A stretch of 64,000 nt of DNA from Paraspadella gotoi (taxonomy: Eukaryota > Animalia > Chaetognatha): positions 10,379,677-10,443,676 of the forward strand of contig CM119266.1 in NCBI GenBank assembly GCA_051294375.1. Direction: 5' to 3'. How positions within the stretch are numbered: position 1 is the first letter of the stretch; the number at the start of each line of letters is the position of its first letter. The translations under genes and the position numbers were made by a program. Of this stretch, positions 12,101 to 24,320 are shown in pieces. The notes beneath the pieces are model-generated. The model did no database searches. It was not told the origin of the DNA and worked only from the letters and a program-made list of their open reading frames with translations.

Positions 12101-15100
12101 AGGACAATGACGACTGATCTCGCAAATCAAAGCTTGGAATTAACAATATTTCTCCTTGCGAGGTAGATAGCATTAGTCGAAGTCTTAATGAAACGGGTTT
12201 CTTAAATTAAATTTTAAAATAAACCGAACAATTTTGATTATTGACATTTCCGAAATTGCTTGTGAGAAAATAAAAGACAGTTGACACCGCAAATCCGCAA
12301 TGCTCGTTAAACTTAAAGGTACCTCCGGATTTAAAAACTAAAAATTTTTAACTGCCAATTGGTATTTTTCAAAAACTAAAGAATGCTAATTCGTGAATGA
12401 TAGATTGTATACGCTGAACTTTGGATTCTCCAAAGAAAGATGAATTTTTAAGCTGAAAAACATTTGTAAAACCGACTCGCAAGGTTTCTATTGCCTTCCT
12501 CGAACCGAGAAGACAAGTGAAATTTTTGAACTATGAAATTTTTAACTAAAACTGCACTAACAAAAAATCTGACGAAATCTCGGGAAACTAGTAGAAGGCG
12601 TTTGGGGAAAATGAATATTGGTGCCAAGGTGTGGAGTAATAAAAATGGGGAGAAGATAGGTAATGAAGTTCAGAAAAATGTTAGAGGCTAGTGAAAAAGA
12701 TGAAGGTTTAAACGTGGACAGTGGTCACTGGACAAGTGGTTGGGGAATATTCTCTCATAAATGGGAGGACAAATGTTAGTTTGAAATTATGAGAGAAAAA
12801 ATAGAAAAAATATTCATTAGAATTTTCGTTTCTTATAAACAAGTTGTAAAAAAGTTATTACTAAAAAAAAATACTTCTTAGCCCTGAACCCCCCTAAACC
12901 TAATCAACGAATGTAAAATTAATTAAAATAAAATTATTCGGATATATAATATAATAATAATATGGAGATATATTAAAGATTCCAAAATTATTCATGTGAA
13001 AAAAGAGAAAACTATCTAGCAGTGAAAAAGATTGGCAAGGAGGTTTGAAAGATTATAAAAACGGTTGAGTGAATAAGCAGAAGGATTGAGTATTTTCCAA
13101 GGAAGCTGGGGTGACTGGCAAAGGGGTCGGGAGAGTGTGAGACACATCGCATAAGATTAAACGTTGTCTTGTTTTCTTTTGACGATGATTGAAATAACAG
13201 CGTAAATCCTTTAAGGCACGGCAGCTGCAAAATTGAAAAAAAAACTTGCAAACACGTAGTTATGTTTATGGCAAATGAAGAAAGGAGATCTATACAACAT
13301 GTTTGTTTTTAAAACAAATATTTTTTATGAAACTGGGATGAAAGATATAAAACGGAAAAATTCAATCGATTTTTATTTAATTCGTATTATAAAAACTAAA
13401 TTAAGATTAAAAGATTCTGCGACAAGAAATAAGTCTCAGAATGCGAAGACAAAGGTTTCCCTTTTGAAATGTAAATGACCCAAGTTGGTTTGCAAAGAAT
13501 CAAGGAGTGTCTGGTTGACGAAGCCTCCCCGTATATCTAAGCTTTCGAGAGACTAAGAGGTTTTCAGACCAAGAATGCGAAGGCTATCCGGGACCAAGTT
13601 TGCTGAAGGCAAAATACTGAGTCAATACTAGCGCAAAGAAACCTCTTGTGGAATTGAAAATCCAAGCAGGTATTTCTCGCGGCGAAAGGAGATAACCGAG
13701 AAAAAAAATTCGCTAGGAATGAACACGACGAAGACAAAATCAAAGAAAAAAGTATTGCAAGACTCACCGAACATAAATGAGCAGATGGAGGCTATGGAAG
13801 CGCGCTCGAAAACAATGATATCGATCGTAGAGTATTCATATATTCCAATTGTAGTAAATAAAAATATAAGAAGAATATCGCGATCTTACCATGGAAAAAA
13901 GCTTGAGAAGAGATGTCGGGCCGCAGAAAGTTGTTTTGAGTTAGTCGGTGGCAAAGATCTGGTTGGTTTCGCGGAGACGGGGACGGGCCAACTGCGGACT
14001 CGGCGATGAGGAGGATGAGCCGACGACGGACGCTGCAGGAGCCGCCGCAGCCCGAGGCGCAGCCGACCAACGATCGAGTTTTAATAGATGGTGGAAAACG
14101 CGAAAGAAGAATCTCAATGACATCGAGTTACAATTTACAGCGTCGAATGGCAATAATGAATAATGACGCTTCTTCCTCGAATTGCTTTAAATTCGATAAA
14201 TCTAATGATTCATTGTTATTAGCTGAGTAAAATAAAGGCGAAAGTAGAACGATAAAGGTTGAATATTACTCATTTTAAATCATTTTGCCGGTTCCTAAAG
14301 CAAACAACAAATGTGTACTGATTAAGCTAACGTTGGACCGGCCAACGTCAGAAAATTTTTTCTTCTCTTACGTACATAACCACTCGGATTTTGTCCTGTT
14401 TCTTAGTTACTCAATGCTCATTCATCATCGGGCCAAAGCCATCCTTCCCAATTTGAGGTCGGCCCAGGCAGCCAGAGAATCTTGGCTGCTTTTTTGGCTC
14501 TGCTTAATATTTATCAATCTATAAATTTTTGAAACGGACGAGAAAACGAAAATAATCTGTTAAGTTAACAAAAAAAATTACTTTGTAAAAAACATTTTTA
14601 GTTTTCGCATCGTTCGATATATTCAATGTTGATCTTTAACTCAAATTTATTGAGCCAGAACTCCCCCCCCTTCTGTCTATTCCTCGTCATGAGGAGTAAG
14701 ATAATGGATGTTCAGAGAGCCAATGTTTGATGGATTCCAAAATATTTAAATTGACGAAAAGAGACGTAAACGAAAGAGGGGGGAGGCTTTAAAAAACTAG
14801 CAAATCCTCGGGCGAAGAAAGAAATAATAAACGTGAAGCCGCATCTTTCGACGATCTCTGGGTGAATTTTTAAAAAGAGAAAAGCTCCACTACCCCTTTC
14901 TCTTTCACTCTCTCGAAAGCCCCAAATGTTTCAAGACCCTCATAAGAATTTATTCTCGTGTTTTCCCCCCTCTGCCAAGAAAAACTGGTGAAAGCCATTA
15001 ACTTTTGGCATTGAAATAAAACTCGCTGCGATGCGGCTCCACGCGGCGCAACGCTGCTGAGGAACCAGATCCATGAAATGAAAACAACCACCATCATTTC

Positions 15101-16420
15101 CAGAAAACAATAATATTAGCTTTCGATTTAATCGGACAGATACTGGATTTCAGCCACGATTCAAAGCATACAACATTTTTGACTGAGCACCAAAGATTGC
15201 TGAGGAAAAATATTGAAACTGGCGATTATCAATTTCTTTCCCTTTCCATTTTCTTCTTTTTCAAAAAATCTGCCTTCTTCCCCTCAAAAGTTTTCTATCA
15301 CTTCTGACAGAAAGGGATTCTTGTTACTTTCAATCAGCCTAACGAAAACGAGAAATACTTTTGCCTTTTAAGATATTTTTTTCCTGTCCACGAATCCAAG
15401 GGCCGACGCTTCGATTAAAAACTTTTTTCGGCACGCCGATCCAAGCATCAGCAGAACTTTGAAAACGGGATTCGGAGGCAGCAGCCGCAGCGCGCCGCAG
15501 CGACTCCAGCCGCAATATGTCAAAATCGAAGCGCCGTCGTCTTCGAGGCAGAGGCCGATGACGAACCCATCGTTAGGAAAGTGGCGAAAACAGACGGGAG
15601 GCAGATTAGGCGTTCAAGTTTAACTGGAAAGTTTGAGTAGGGGCAGCTTGAGATAGAAGCACAAAACTTTTTATCGTATCGGAAACTTCTTCCCCCCCGC
15701 ATCTGGCAATGAAACTTTTCTCTTTATTAGAATCAAGTCGTATCCTTTTGCAAATAAAATGGATGTTAAGGAAAGACAAGGAATTAGCGTATGAATAAAG
15801 TAGAGGATTACGACTGTCAAAGACTTCAAAAGCAATCAGAGCAGACCCTATCCCAACATCTTAACTACACCTATAATATAGGCAAAAGATAATAGTTTAA
15901 TACAACTAAATGGATACAAATAAAAGTAAAGATTAAAGAATATATCCGACATTATGTAGATGTATACAAATGTATACGATGCCGTATATTATATTCAGAT
16001 CAGAGTAATAATATACGAAAATTTGAAAAACCAAGTCAGTGTTGCACGGACCCGATAGAATTTTAAGAACATCACCATTCCAACACAATATCACGTTTCC
16101 TTCGAGTTTAATGCCCTGGGCGTTTGGATTCACTGGACCGCTTCTCTTAAACAACGAAGTTCAAAACGATGCCTCTTTTTTGAATTCCGTCGATCCTTGG
16201 GGAAGCTATTAAGACCGATGGCAACGAAACAAAAAACACGTACTAAGTCGGATAATTTTGAGGGCGAGGGTGCGCCTTTTAAAAAAAAAAAGTCGATCAT
16301 AACAATTTCGCTAAATATATTATTCAACTTAGCAGTGTTTGTGGTTTTTGGTATCAACAGCTAACTATCAAAACAAAACCAACACATGTCAGTATCAAGA
16401 CGAACGTTTATCATTTAAAA

Positions 16421-19400
16421 ATGATTCTGTATCTATACGTTTTGTTTCAAATTCTATCTATCATGGAATATCTTTTTTTAACTGCTTACTCAATACATTC
16501 AATAATGAAACCACCAGGGCACAATGCCAGTAAACTACTAAATGCTGCTATTCTCAACTATTTCGTTTTTGCATCTATATTTACATCATATTTCGGGTAA
16601 AAGTATTTTCCGCTTTAAATTTACCTCAATTTCTTTTTTACCTTTTCAAAATTGAAAACCGAGTTACGATCATTATAAAGAGAGAAAATTACATAATATT
16701 ATTTCGTAATTAAAAGTGAAATTAATATGTTTAACTTTTATCTAGGTACAAAAGATTTGCTCTAAAATCTTCGTTATTGTCAGGGTCTACAAGAAGAAAA
16801 CTTATAGCCGCCTTATTTCACGTTTTACTGCTAGGACCCGTTTTATATCGACTTGAATTTATACAAAGAATACTTAAAAAAAAAGAGAATAATCCTACTT
16901 TGTTTAAAGTGGAAGTAATAGCGGACTGCTTTTCAGATGGATTTAGTTGGATTACCGATAAAGAACTTCAAACAAAAATGATTATTAACAGAAAAGTCAA
17001 TTTGTATAATTATGTTCTCTTGAGAATTCCCGAAAGAATTTTCATGAGAATCGGTCATAGTGAAAACCAATTTTTTACAAGTTTTGCTTTGGCTATTTTA
17101 CTAAATCCTTCTAGATATTTTTCAAATTGGTTCATATGGCATATTAAAGATACTATTTCACTTAATGGAAGTAAGCAGCTGATATTAAATTTAGTTTTAC
17201 ATGTATTCTTTCTACTAACAACTGAATCAGCCTTATGGTCATCAACTGTACTGATGGAATGCTCGCAAACCATGTGGCCTTTTATGTATATAACATCTAT
17301 GATAATCATTTATGGCACTCTACTCGTGCCTGATATCATAATAAAAGTACCCAAAGCATTTACAACTTGGTATATATTAAGTTGGACTGTCATGGTCGTT
17401 GTGCCATACAGTCTCTACTTCATAATGATAAACACATTTGATTGCTATAGTCACAAAAAAGCAAAAAATGAAACTTTAGAATTCAAAATTTTACCTGATG
17501 TTTTTGTTAATATCCCTGCAGAATCAACTCATTTCCATTTTTATACTTATCCATTTATATATATTTTACTTATCATAATATCAATTCCAGGATGGTGCTT
17601 TTGGAGATTAAAGTTACCAAATAACTCTCCAAATATTTCAAAGATTTTCGAAGAAACATTTTCACGCAAAATATTATATAAAAAAAAATTCCGAAAGCCA
17701 GTAACCAGAATACAGATTCTTAAGACATACTGGAAGAAGGTCTCGTTTGCTAATATCTTGAACTTATTTCTCTTTTGGTTAGATATATACTCAAATCTTG
17801 CAGCAAGTTTACAATACTTACAAGATGGGAAATATGCTTGGAGCGCCCTCATTCTTTTATTTTTATCTGCTGGTGGAATTACTACCTGTATTGAGGGGCT
17901 TAAAAAAGCAAATAAAACATTGAAAGAATTAAGGCAGTCGAATTACAAAATAATCATAATTGCACACTGTTTGTATCAAGCTTATCCACTATATATTTTA
18001 GAGATAATCATAAGAAAATGGAGAGGGACAGATATACATAAAGGAAATTTGATTAAAAGAATTAACACAATGGAATTGCAATGGACATTCTATCAAGCGA
18101 TTCCGGAAGCATTACTACAGCTCTACATCACAGCGGGAAAAGAATATCCTAACATAGGAGAAGAACCTGATACAATTCATTATCTCTCAATTTTGACTTG
18201 CCTTATTTCAACTTCTAAAAACATAGTTAACCTATGGTTAAGCCCAAACATAAAAAAAAGCCTTCAAAAACTTAAAAATCATTCATCAATACTTCGTATG
18301 ATGGAAAATGAAAATAAATTAAAAACAACAACCTTAGCAGATGAGCCCAAGGCAACTGCTGCAGAAGACAAGATAAAGAGTGAATTGGTTAAACAGATTG
18401 TACGAAACTAATTTTATAAAGAGTACATGAGTGTACATTAGACTTTAGATCATTATTCGGATTTTAAAATATGCACAAAAAATAGTTTATAATGAACCAA
18501 TGAATAAATGTATATTGTAAAAAGAAAATTTATAATTATATAAGCTTTAATTTCAACTAAATTTTAAAAAAGAATGTACAACTTCTCCAAGCTTTTATTT
18601 TGTACAGTGTGTCCCAATGGTACTGTCCGTTATTAAAAGCTTCCTGCTCCAAGACAAGATGATCTTGAAGATCAGAAAATGTACATTTCTTTTTAGATAT
18701 ACCTTTTTCATTTACCTACTTATTGCTTGCATTTAACTATTATATATTATTGTTTTATACTTTTTGGGCAGTAAAAAACATTTACATAACGTTATAAAAT
18801 AACAATATAATAAACTTTCTAAGATATCCTATTATCCACATACAATTTTTAAAATTATTATGGCATTAAAAAACCATATTTCACTCGTTTATCATTGGAC
18901 AAGCCTGCTCTAAGGTAAAGAAGTATTCAGATAAACAATTTGGTACTCGAATACATCAAAGAGAATCAAGCAACTTTCGTCACAAACCATTATCCATCAA
19001 GAAACCAACGATTATAATCATCATCTTCAAAATAGGATTGTATTTTTACGCAATGTTAAACCTGTTTTTCTCCATGGCGGAGATTACTTATCTCTCGCAA
19101 TGCATGAAAGATGATTGGTTTCTACTAATATTCACCATTCCATTTTTAATTGGCTTCCGAATCGTTGTTCCGGATATTATTCTTCTACCGAGCAAGCGGT
19201 ACCGATTTTTATACAAAACGATGTGGCTCATTCAACTATTCGTACCTGCGATTATCCACGTCGCGGCTATCGCTTTTCACAACGAATGTGACTGGTTCTT
19301 TCACGCATATGAAAATCGGAGGAGTAACTTTACTTTAATAAGTCTCAAACTAAATGGGACCACTGATAACGCGTCGACAAGATCTACGATATTGGCAGCG

Positions 19401-19610
19401 GTTGTCATGAACGTCGGCATGCGAGCCATGCCGTTGGCGCTGGGAAATACCCTAATATTCATGGTGATGTGGATGTCACTGATGCACTGGGGTAACAAGA
19501 ATAGACGCCGACTCTCTTCAGCGTTGAAGACAAATTATATCAGCAAACCTGCAGAAAATGTCGGAACAATTCTGGAAGCTGTTAATGCTTTGTTTGGAAA
19601 ACTGTCTTAA
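16421..19610 (+). CDS. Multi-pass membrane protein with two tandem, divergent XK-related (Xkr scramblase-like) domains. Exons: 16421-16596, 16746-18399, 18915-19610 (~841 aa)
   Basis: The 544-aa ORF carries XK-type motifs: LDIYSNLAASLQYLQDGKYAWSALILLF, FYQAIPEALLQLYI, LSILTCLIST and HVLLLGPV. The 190-aa ORF at 19038 is homologous to the middle of the 544-aa ORF. Phase-compatible junctions GG|gtaaaa..tctag|G and ATT|gtacga..ctaag|GTA join the three blocks in frame. Confidence 0.65.
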
Positions 19611-19949
19611 GAAAAACGAATTTTACTAACTAGGCCACGTGATTAAATCCCAGCCATGGACGGCGTGATCCATCACCCATTTCTTTCACATATTTAATAA
19701 ATTAAATTTAATGACTATCTTATTACATATCTTTTAATTCCTGTTTTTAAAAACTGACTAATCATTAATTAACATCGGTAGGATTTTTATAGTCAGAACT
19801 GATTATTTAATTGAAAACTATTAACAAATTAATTAAAATAATAAAAAACAACAATAACAGTATAGTAAATTAGACTTTTCACAACATACTAAGTTTTTTT
19901 TATAAACCACAAATGAATGAAAAGTACTATATTATTTAGGTTAAATTGT

Positions 19950-22900
19950 TTAGAGATCATTTGTCATTTCCAATGTTCGAAAACGCTCAGCAATGCTAAT
20001 GAATTTATCATCTTTACTTTTAAAAAGCTCAATACTTGCTAAACGAAACTCATTACATGCAACGTAACAGTGAGCCGCTTGAATAAATTGACCACTCCGA
20101 CTGAGAAAGTTAGCCCAGCTTATATATAATCGATTAAGAATAGGGTCATCTTCACGTAGTCTTATCTTAGAAATGCAAATAGCTTCCCTAAAAAGCTTAA
20201 ATTCCTCAAGAAGTTGTATCGCTTCATAAACCATATTACATGCAAGTAAATAATAAGATGCTTTTTTTGGGTCAGGACTAGCATTAGTCACTGGATGTAC
20301 GAGCTGGTCAGCAAATGCTATACAGGCTTTTTGCCTCAGAAAAGGCGAACACATAATGGTCATAGATACCATCCAATCAGTTAAATTTCTGGACTTGATA
20401 GCGTCATCAAGAGCCTTCCCGATATTTCCTTGCAGAAAATCCAACTGAAAATTATCATCCCCATCCTTGTTGTCCAACGCTTCGCGTTCCTTATTTATAA
20501 GAGATAGCATTCCAGAGCGATTTGAAAACGCGCCAGTAATGGGATGATTTTCCACTAAATGTTCTGCCGTTTCAGGTGTGCCATTTTGGCTATTATCCCC
20601 AACATTAAAACTAAAGGAATCGTTATCACGGAGGTCAGGGCGTTTAAAATATGCAAGATTGATAAGGGAAGAAAGTTGGTTTTCACAAGGAGAGGCACTA
20701 AAACTCCCAATGCAATTACGAAACAGTTTTCGTCGAGCGTTTGTTAAAGAGGAGGTCGACTTTGTTTCAAAGATCTCACTTTTTTCTTGATTGCCATCTG
20801 GATTTTCTGGTGTACTCAAAACTGTTTTAAGTTCTTTCTCTTTAGATTGCAGCAATTTCTGAATTTCATCTTCTACAACCAGGTCATCTTTGGGACAATC
20901 CAAATCTCCTAAATTCTCAGAAAACATTTCTGATCGATTTTTAGTTGAGAAAAAGTCAGGAACAGAATCTGTCTTACTGCAGCTTAGTATTTCAATGCAC
21001 GGTTCGGTTGATTCTGTTATTTGGGAGGCTTTTTTTCCTTTGCGTCGTAATTCTTTCGCTTTTCTTTTATTCTCTTGCATACGTTTTTCAAACTTGTTTT
21101 CCGATGGAGGTTCTTGATGATCTGTATCTGCAACGTTCCAAGTCCATAAAAGACCATCGTCACCGCCAGAATGTAACAAATTAGGATCAGAACCACTCCA
21201 TGCAAGACTTAACAACCTTCCCAAGTGACCTCGAAAATTGGATTTTAAAACTTTATCCTCACTTTTGATGTCCCATATTTGAGCAGAACCATCGTAAGAA
21301 GCGGTGACCAAAAGATTACTAATATGTGGGCTCCATTTAACAGCAGTTATACGTCCCTTATGCTGCCCAAACACTTTCGTTGGATATACTAATGAGCAGG
21401 TTTTGGTTTCTTCACAATCTAAAGATTTATCCAAATCAAAAATGCACAATTTATTGTCATTTCCACCAGTCGCTAAGACCGTTCCGCCAAGCCTATACTG
21501 GTTGGTATTAGTAACTTGTTCTTGCTGCTGCAATGGTGATTGCCATACAAGACAGTTTATGAGCTTTATATGCCCTTGTAAATTAAGAATAGCTTGCAAA
21601 TGTGGATAAGAATAAACTCCTATGGAGCCATCTTCACTGCCGATCACAGCCAATGAATAATTATGATTCCAGCTAAATGCAGTTCGTAATGGTGGTTTTG
21701 CTTGAACTTCATTTGTCTTGCTTATAATATCATTTAAATTTTGTGCCCTTTCTTTCGACATCAATTCATGCTGAAAGATTAGTCCATCCCCTACTGAGTA
21801 TAGGAAATTAGGATCAATCTTTTTGGCATTGTCCCCTCGATAACACTTAGGTCCCCATTGAACTGTGTAAACAGTTTTTCGATGGTAAGTCGTTGAAATG
21901 ATGGGTGGTTTCCCACATTTATTTATGTCAAAACTTCCAACTCTCCCATCGTCAGTTCCATATGCCAAAATTCCTTCTTTTAAAGGATGCCAATTCAAGC
22001 ACGTGACTTTCCCTTTGATTCCATGCCACAATATGGTCACTGGATCTCCTGGACTTTGACGCCAAATTCTAATATTTTGATCGCCACTTCCTAAGGCAAC
22101 TAACGTAGGATCCAAAGGAGAAACTTCTATTGAATAAATGAAACCTCCAAATGTAAACAGCATAGATCGAATCTCCATGTTATCAAGATCCCAAGCAATG
22201 ATGTTGCGATCCTGTCCAATTGTGAGTGCATACTGTAACGGTCGGTCTTTACCCTCAATATCATAGCCAGATTTGGCTGGGCAAATGTTCATTATCACTC
22301 GAGAATGCCCAGAATTACCGCTATTCACGACTGTGCACTTCGGCTTACCTTTATCGTGAGACTTTAGTGGAAGGTTCCAAAAAAGCAATTCACCATGATA
22401 ACCTCCTGTCAATAACTCATAGGGTTTTCCAGGCAACCAACGAACAGCCGACCACAACACCGACCTTTCACCATCTCCTTTTTTTGAATTTGTTGGCAAC
22501 CTGAAGCTCATGTCCTCCATTCCCTTGGCAACGTCCCAAATTCTGATGTGAGCATCGCGTGCTCCTGAAGCCAAATACGGGGTGTCATCAACATGGTTTG
22601 AAAGAGACGGTCTCCAATGTAAGGATTGAATCTCATCATCATGACCTCTTAGTTTATGTAAAACAGATCCTGTTCCACTTAGATCGTAAACTAAAATAAA
22701 TCCTTCTTGATATCCGACAGCAGCGATTTCTTCTGAATAATTTGAACAAGCAATGGCCGTGACAGGATGATTTTTTTTCTCTTTGCGAGAATCGTGCAAT
22801 GGAGAATATTTCTTGGATCTGTCGTCGACGAAATTCCATCGAAAAAAACTTCCGCGCTCGTTTGCAACAAGAATTAAATCATGGTTTATAGTTGAGGCAT

Positions 22901-23252
22901 GAATCGTTGTCGCTTTGAAGAATTTCTCTTCTCCATCTACGATTTCGTTAGCGGAAAACTCTTTCACCAACTCGAACGTTCTTAAATTCCACACGCGCGC
23001 CTTTCCATCATCGCTGGAGGTTGAGCAGAGTTGTTCTTTGTCAGTCTCGACGACACATACGCCCGTGATGCGTTCGGAATGGGCTTCAATAGACTGGCAG
23101 AATTCAAATACGCTTTTCTCAGTGCATTCGCTAGAGATTATCTTGTAAATCACGAGAAGGTTTTTCGAACCATAACAAAAGAAGTTTTCGGAACTGACGT
23201 CACAACACTGACTGAGGAACCAGTTGGGAGATGAGGCGAAGCAATTTACCAT
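19950..23252 (-). CDS. GEMIN5: Gem-associated protein 5 (WD40 double propeller plus TPR-like dimerisation region), single-exon CDS, 1100 aa
   Basis: N-terminal SSPNWF (cf. PSPNWY in Gemin5); LRGHDDEIQSLHW; LAYGTDDGRVG; YHRKTVYTVQWGP; NFRGHLGRLL; C-terminal KASYYLLA...FREAICISKIRL...W region. Confidence 0.93.
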   Translation of the reverse strand: MVNCFASSPNWFLSQCCDVSSENFFCYGSKNLLVIYKIISSECTEKSVFEFCQSIEAHSERITGVCVVETDKEQLCSTSSDDGKARVWNLRTFELVKEFSANEIVDGEEKFFKATTIHASTINHDLILVANERGSFFRWNFVDDRSKKYSPLHDSRKEKKNHPVTAIACSNYSEEIAAVGYQEGFILVYDLSGTGSVLHKLRGHDDEIQSLHWRPSLSNHVDDTPYLASGARDAHIRIWDVAKGMEDMSFRLPTNSKKGDGERSVLWSAVRWLPGKPYELLTGGYHGELLFWNLPLKSHDKGKPKCTVVNSGNSGHSRVIMNICPAKSGYDIEGKDRPLQYALTIGQDRNIIAWDLDNMEIRSMLFTFGGFIYSIEVSPLDPTLVALGSGDQNIRIWRQSPGDPVTILWHGIKGKVTCLNWHPLKEGILAYGTDDGRVGSFDINKCGKPPIISTTYHRKTVYTVQWGPKCYRGDNAKKIDPNFLYSVGDGLIFQHELMSKERAQNLNDIISKTNEVQAKPPLRTAFSWNHNYSLAVIGSEDGSIGVYSYPHLQAILNLQGHIKLINCLVWQSPLQQQEQVTNTNQYRLGGTVLATGGNDNKLCIFDLDKSLDCEETKTCSLVYPTKVFGQHKGRITAVKWSPHISNLLVTASYDGSAQIWDIKSEDKVLKSNFRGHLGRLLSLAWSGSDPNLLHSGGDDGLLWTWNVADTDHQEPPSENKFEKRMQENKRKAKELRRKGKKASQITESTEPCIEILSCSKTDSVPDFFSTKNRSEMFSENLGDLDCPKDDLVVEDEIQKLLQSKEKELKTVLSTPENPDGNQEKSEIFETKSTSSLTNARRKLFRNCIGSFSASPCENQLSSLINLAYFKRPDLRDNDSFSFNVGDNSQNGTPETAEHLVENHPITGAFSNRSGMLSLINKEREALDNKDGDDNFQLDFLQGNIGKALDDAIKSRNLTDWMVSMTIMCSPFLRQKACIAFADQLVHPVTNASPDPKKASYYLLACNMVYEAIQLLEEFKLFREAICISKIRLREDDPILNRLYISWANFLSRSGQFIQAAHCYVACNEFRLASIELFKSKDDKFISIAERFRTLEMTNDL

Positions 23253-23571
23253 TTTAGTATGTTGAACTAAAAGGGAAAAACTAATTTTTGGAAAATATGT
23301 AAGTATTCAATAAAAAAAATAATAAATTACAGAAAAAAAAATTAGAAAAAATTTCTTTTTTAATAGATAGGTCTTTGGATACAATGATATATATCAAATT
23401 TTTGCTTGTAGATCTAAAAACTAAAAGCTATTGTGGACGCTGTTTTTCAAATATATATTTTAAAAATATTGTCAGCTTTTATTAAAATGTAAACTATGAA
23501 ATTTTGGTGTTTGATTTAGAATTTAGAATTTGATTTAGAATTCGACAACGATTTTTGTTTTATTAGAATAA

Positions 23572-23613
23572 AACGGACATGTTTCGGCTTTTTTTCAAGC
23601 CTTGATCAGCGTT
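23572..23613 (-). ncRNA. Minimal type I hammerhead ribozyme motif of Penelope-like-element type, with a G8->C core variant
   Basis: Minus strand reads AACG CUGAUCA A GGCU UGAAAAAA AGCC GAAAC AU GUC CGUU. Stem I is AACG/CGUU, stem II is GGCU/AGCC, and stem III is the palindromic ACAUGU with a GUC cleavage triplet. AATAAA follows downstream. Confidence 0.65.
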
Positions 23614-23671
23614 AACAGGTTTGTGTTTATCTGTAATGCTTAATGCCCTTTTGAATGTACTGATTCAACTA

Positions 23672-23906
23672 ATTGTGGTAATATGGCAACAGCCGGGTTG
23701 CCTGTGATGCCCATTGGGAAGGGCATCTCATTGTTGGTTTTGGGGGCTTCCGGTTACCCTAGGACGGTCTCGCTTTGCCAACGCAGAGGGAAGTCATTAG
23801 GACTGTGGATGGAACACTACATCTGGGATGGTGTGTTCCCCCTCTGAGCCAGTGGATTTGGCTGAAAGATGGTGGACGTGAGGCGGTGTGAATATACCGC
23901 CACAGT
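23672..23906 (+). ncRNA. Unidentified GC-rich multi-hairpin structured element
   Basis: Consecutive stems: ggcaac/gttgcc, gatgccc/gggcatc, tgttgg/ccaacg, cagaggg/ccctctg enclosing ggaacac..catc/gatg..gtgttcc, agcca/tggct, ggcggtgt/ataccgcc. The flanks are strongly AT-rich. Confidence 0.4.
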
Positions 23907-24320
23907 AAACGAATAAAACACATATTAGAAGGTAACCCACGAAGAAAAAAAAACAAAACGATAAAGAAATTACAAAAGCTGATCTACGTAATTAATCTAC
24001 TTAATACTATCTACTTAATTACGGATTAACGAAAATATACTGTAAAATTTATTAGTGCTTACTGGCTTTTTCGGGACCATTTTAAATAGAAAAAAATAGT
24101 TTGAAATTTATCAAATTGAATTAGCCAGCTGAAATATTAAAATAAAATAAATAAGCAAGCGAAAAGTGATTTAAAAGAAAGTCGTACACAAAAATTTGAT
24201 TCGTTAAAAGACCTATGAAAGGTTAAACCAAATTAAAAAAACTAAGCACCTTTTTCTTATACAGGATAGTAAATAAAGTTTATAGAACTAAGAAACATCA
24301 ATTAAATATCAATCAAAAAT

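Noticed and set aside
23750-23800. Telomerase RNA or RNase P identity for the structured element (ttaccctag; gagggaagtc)
   Set aside because: No exact CTAACCCT template, and no recognisable CR-V/P4 partner or H/ACA layout.
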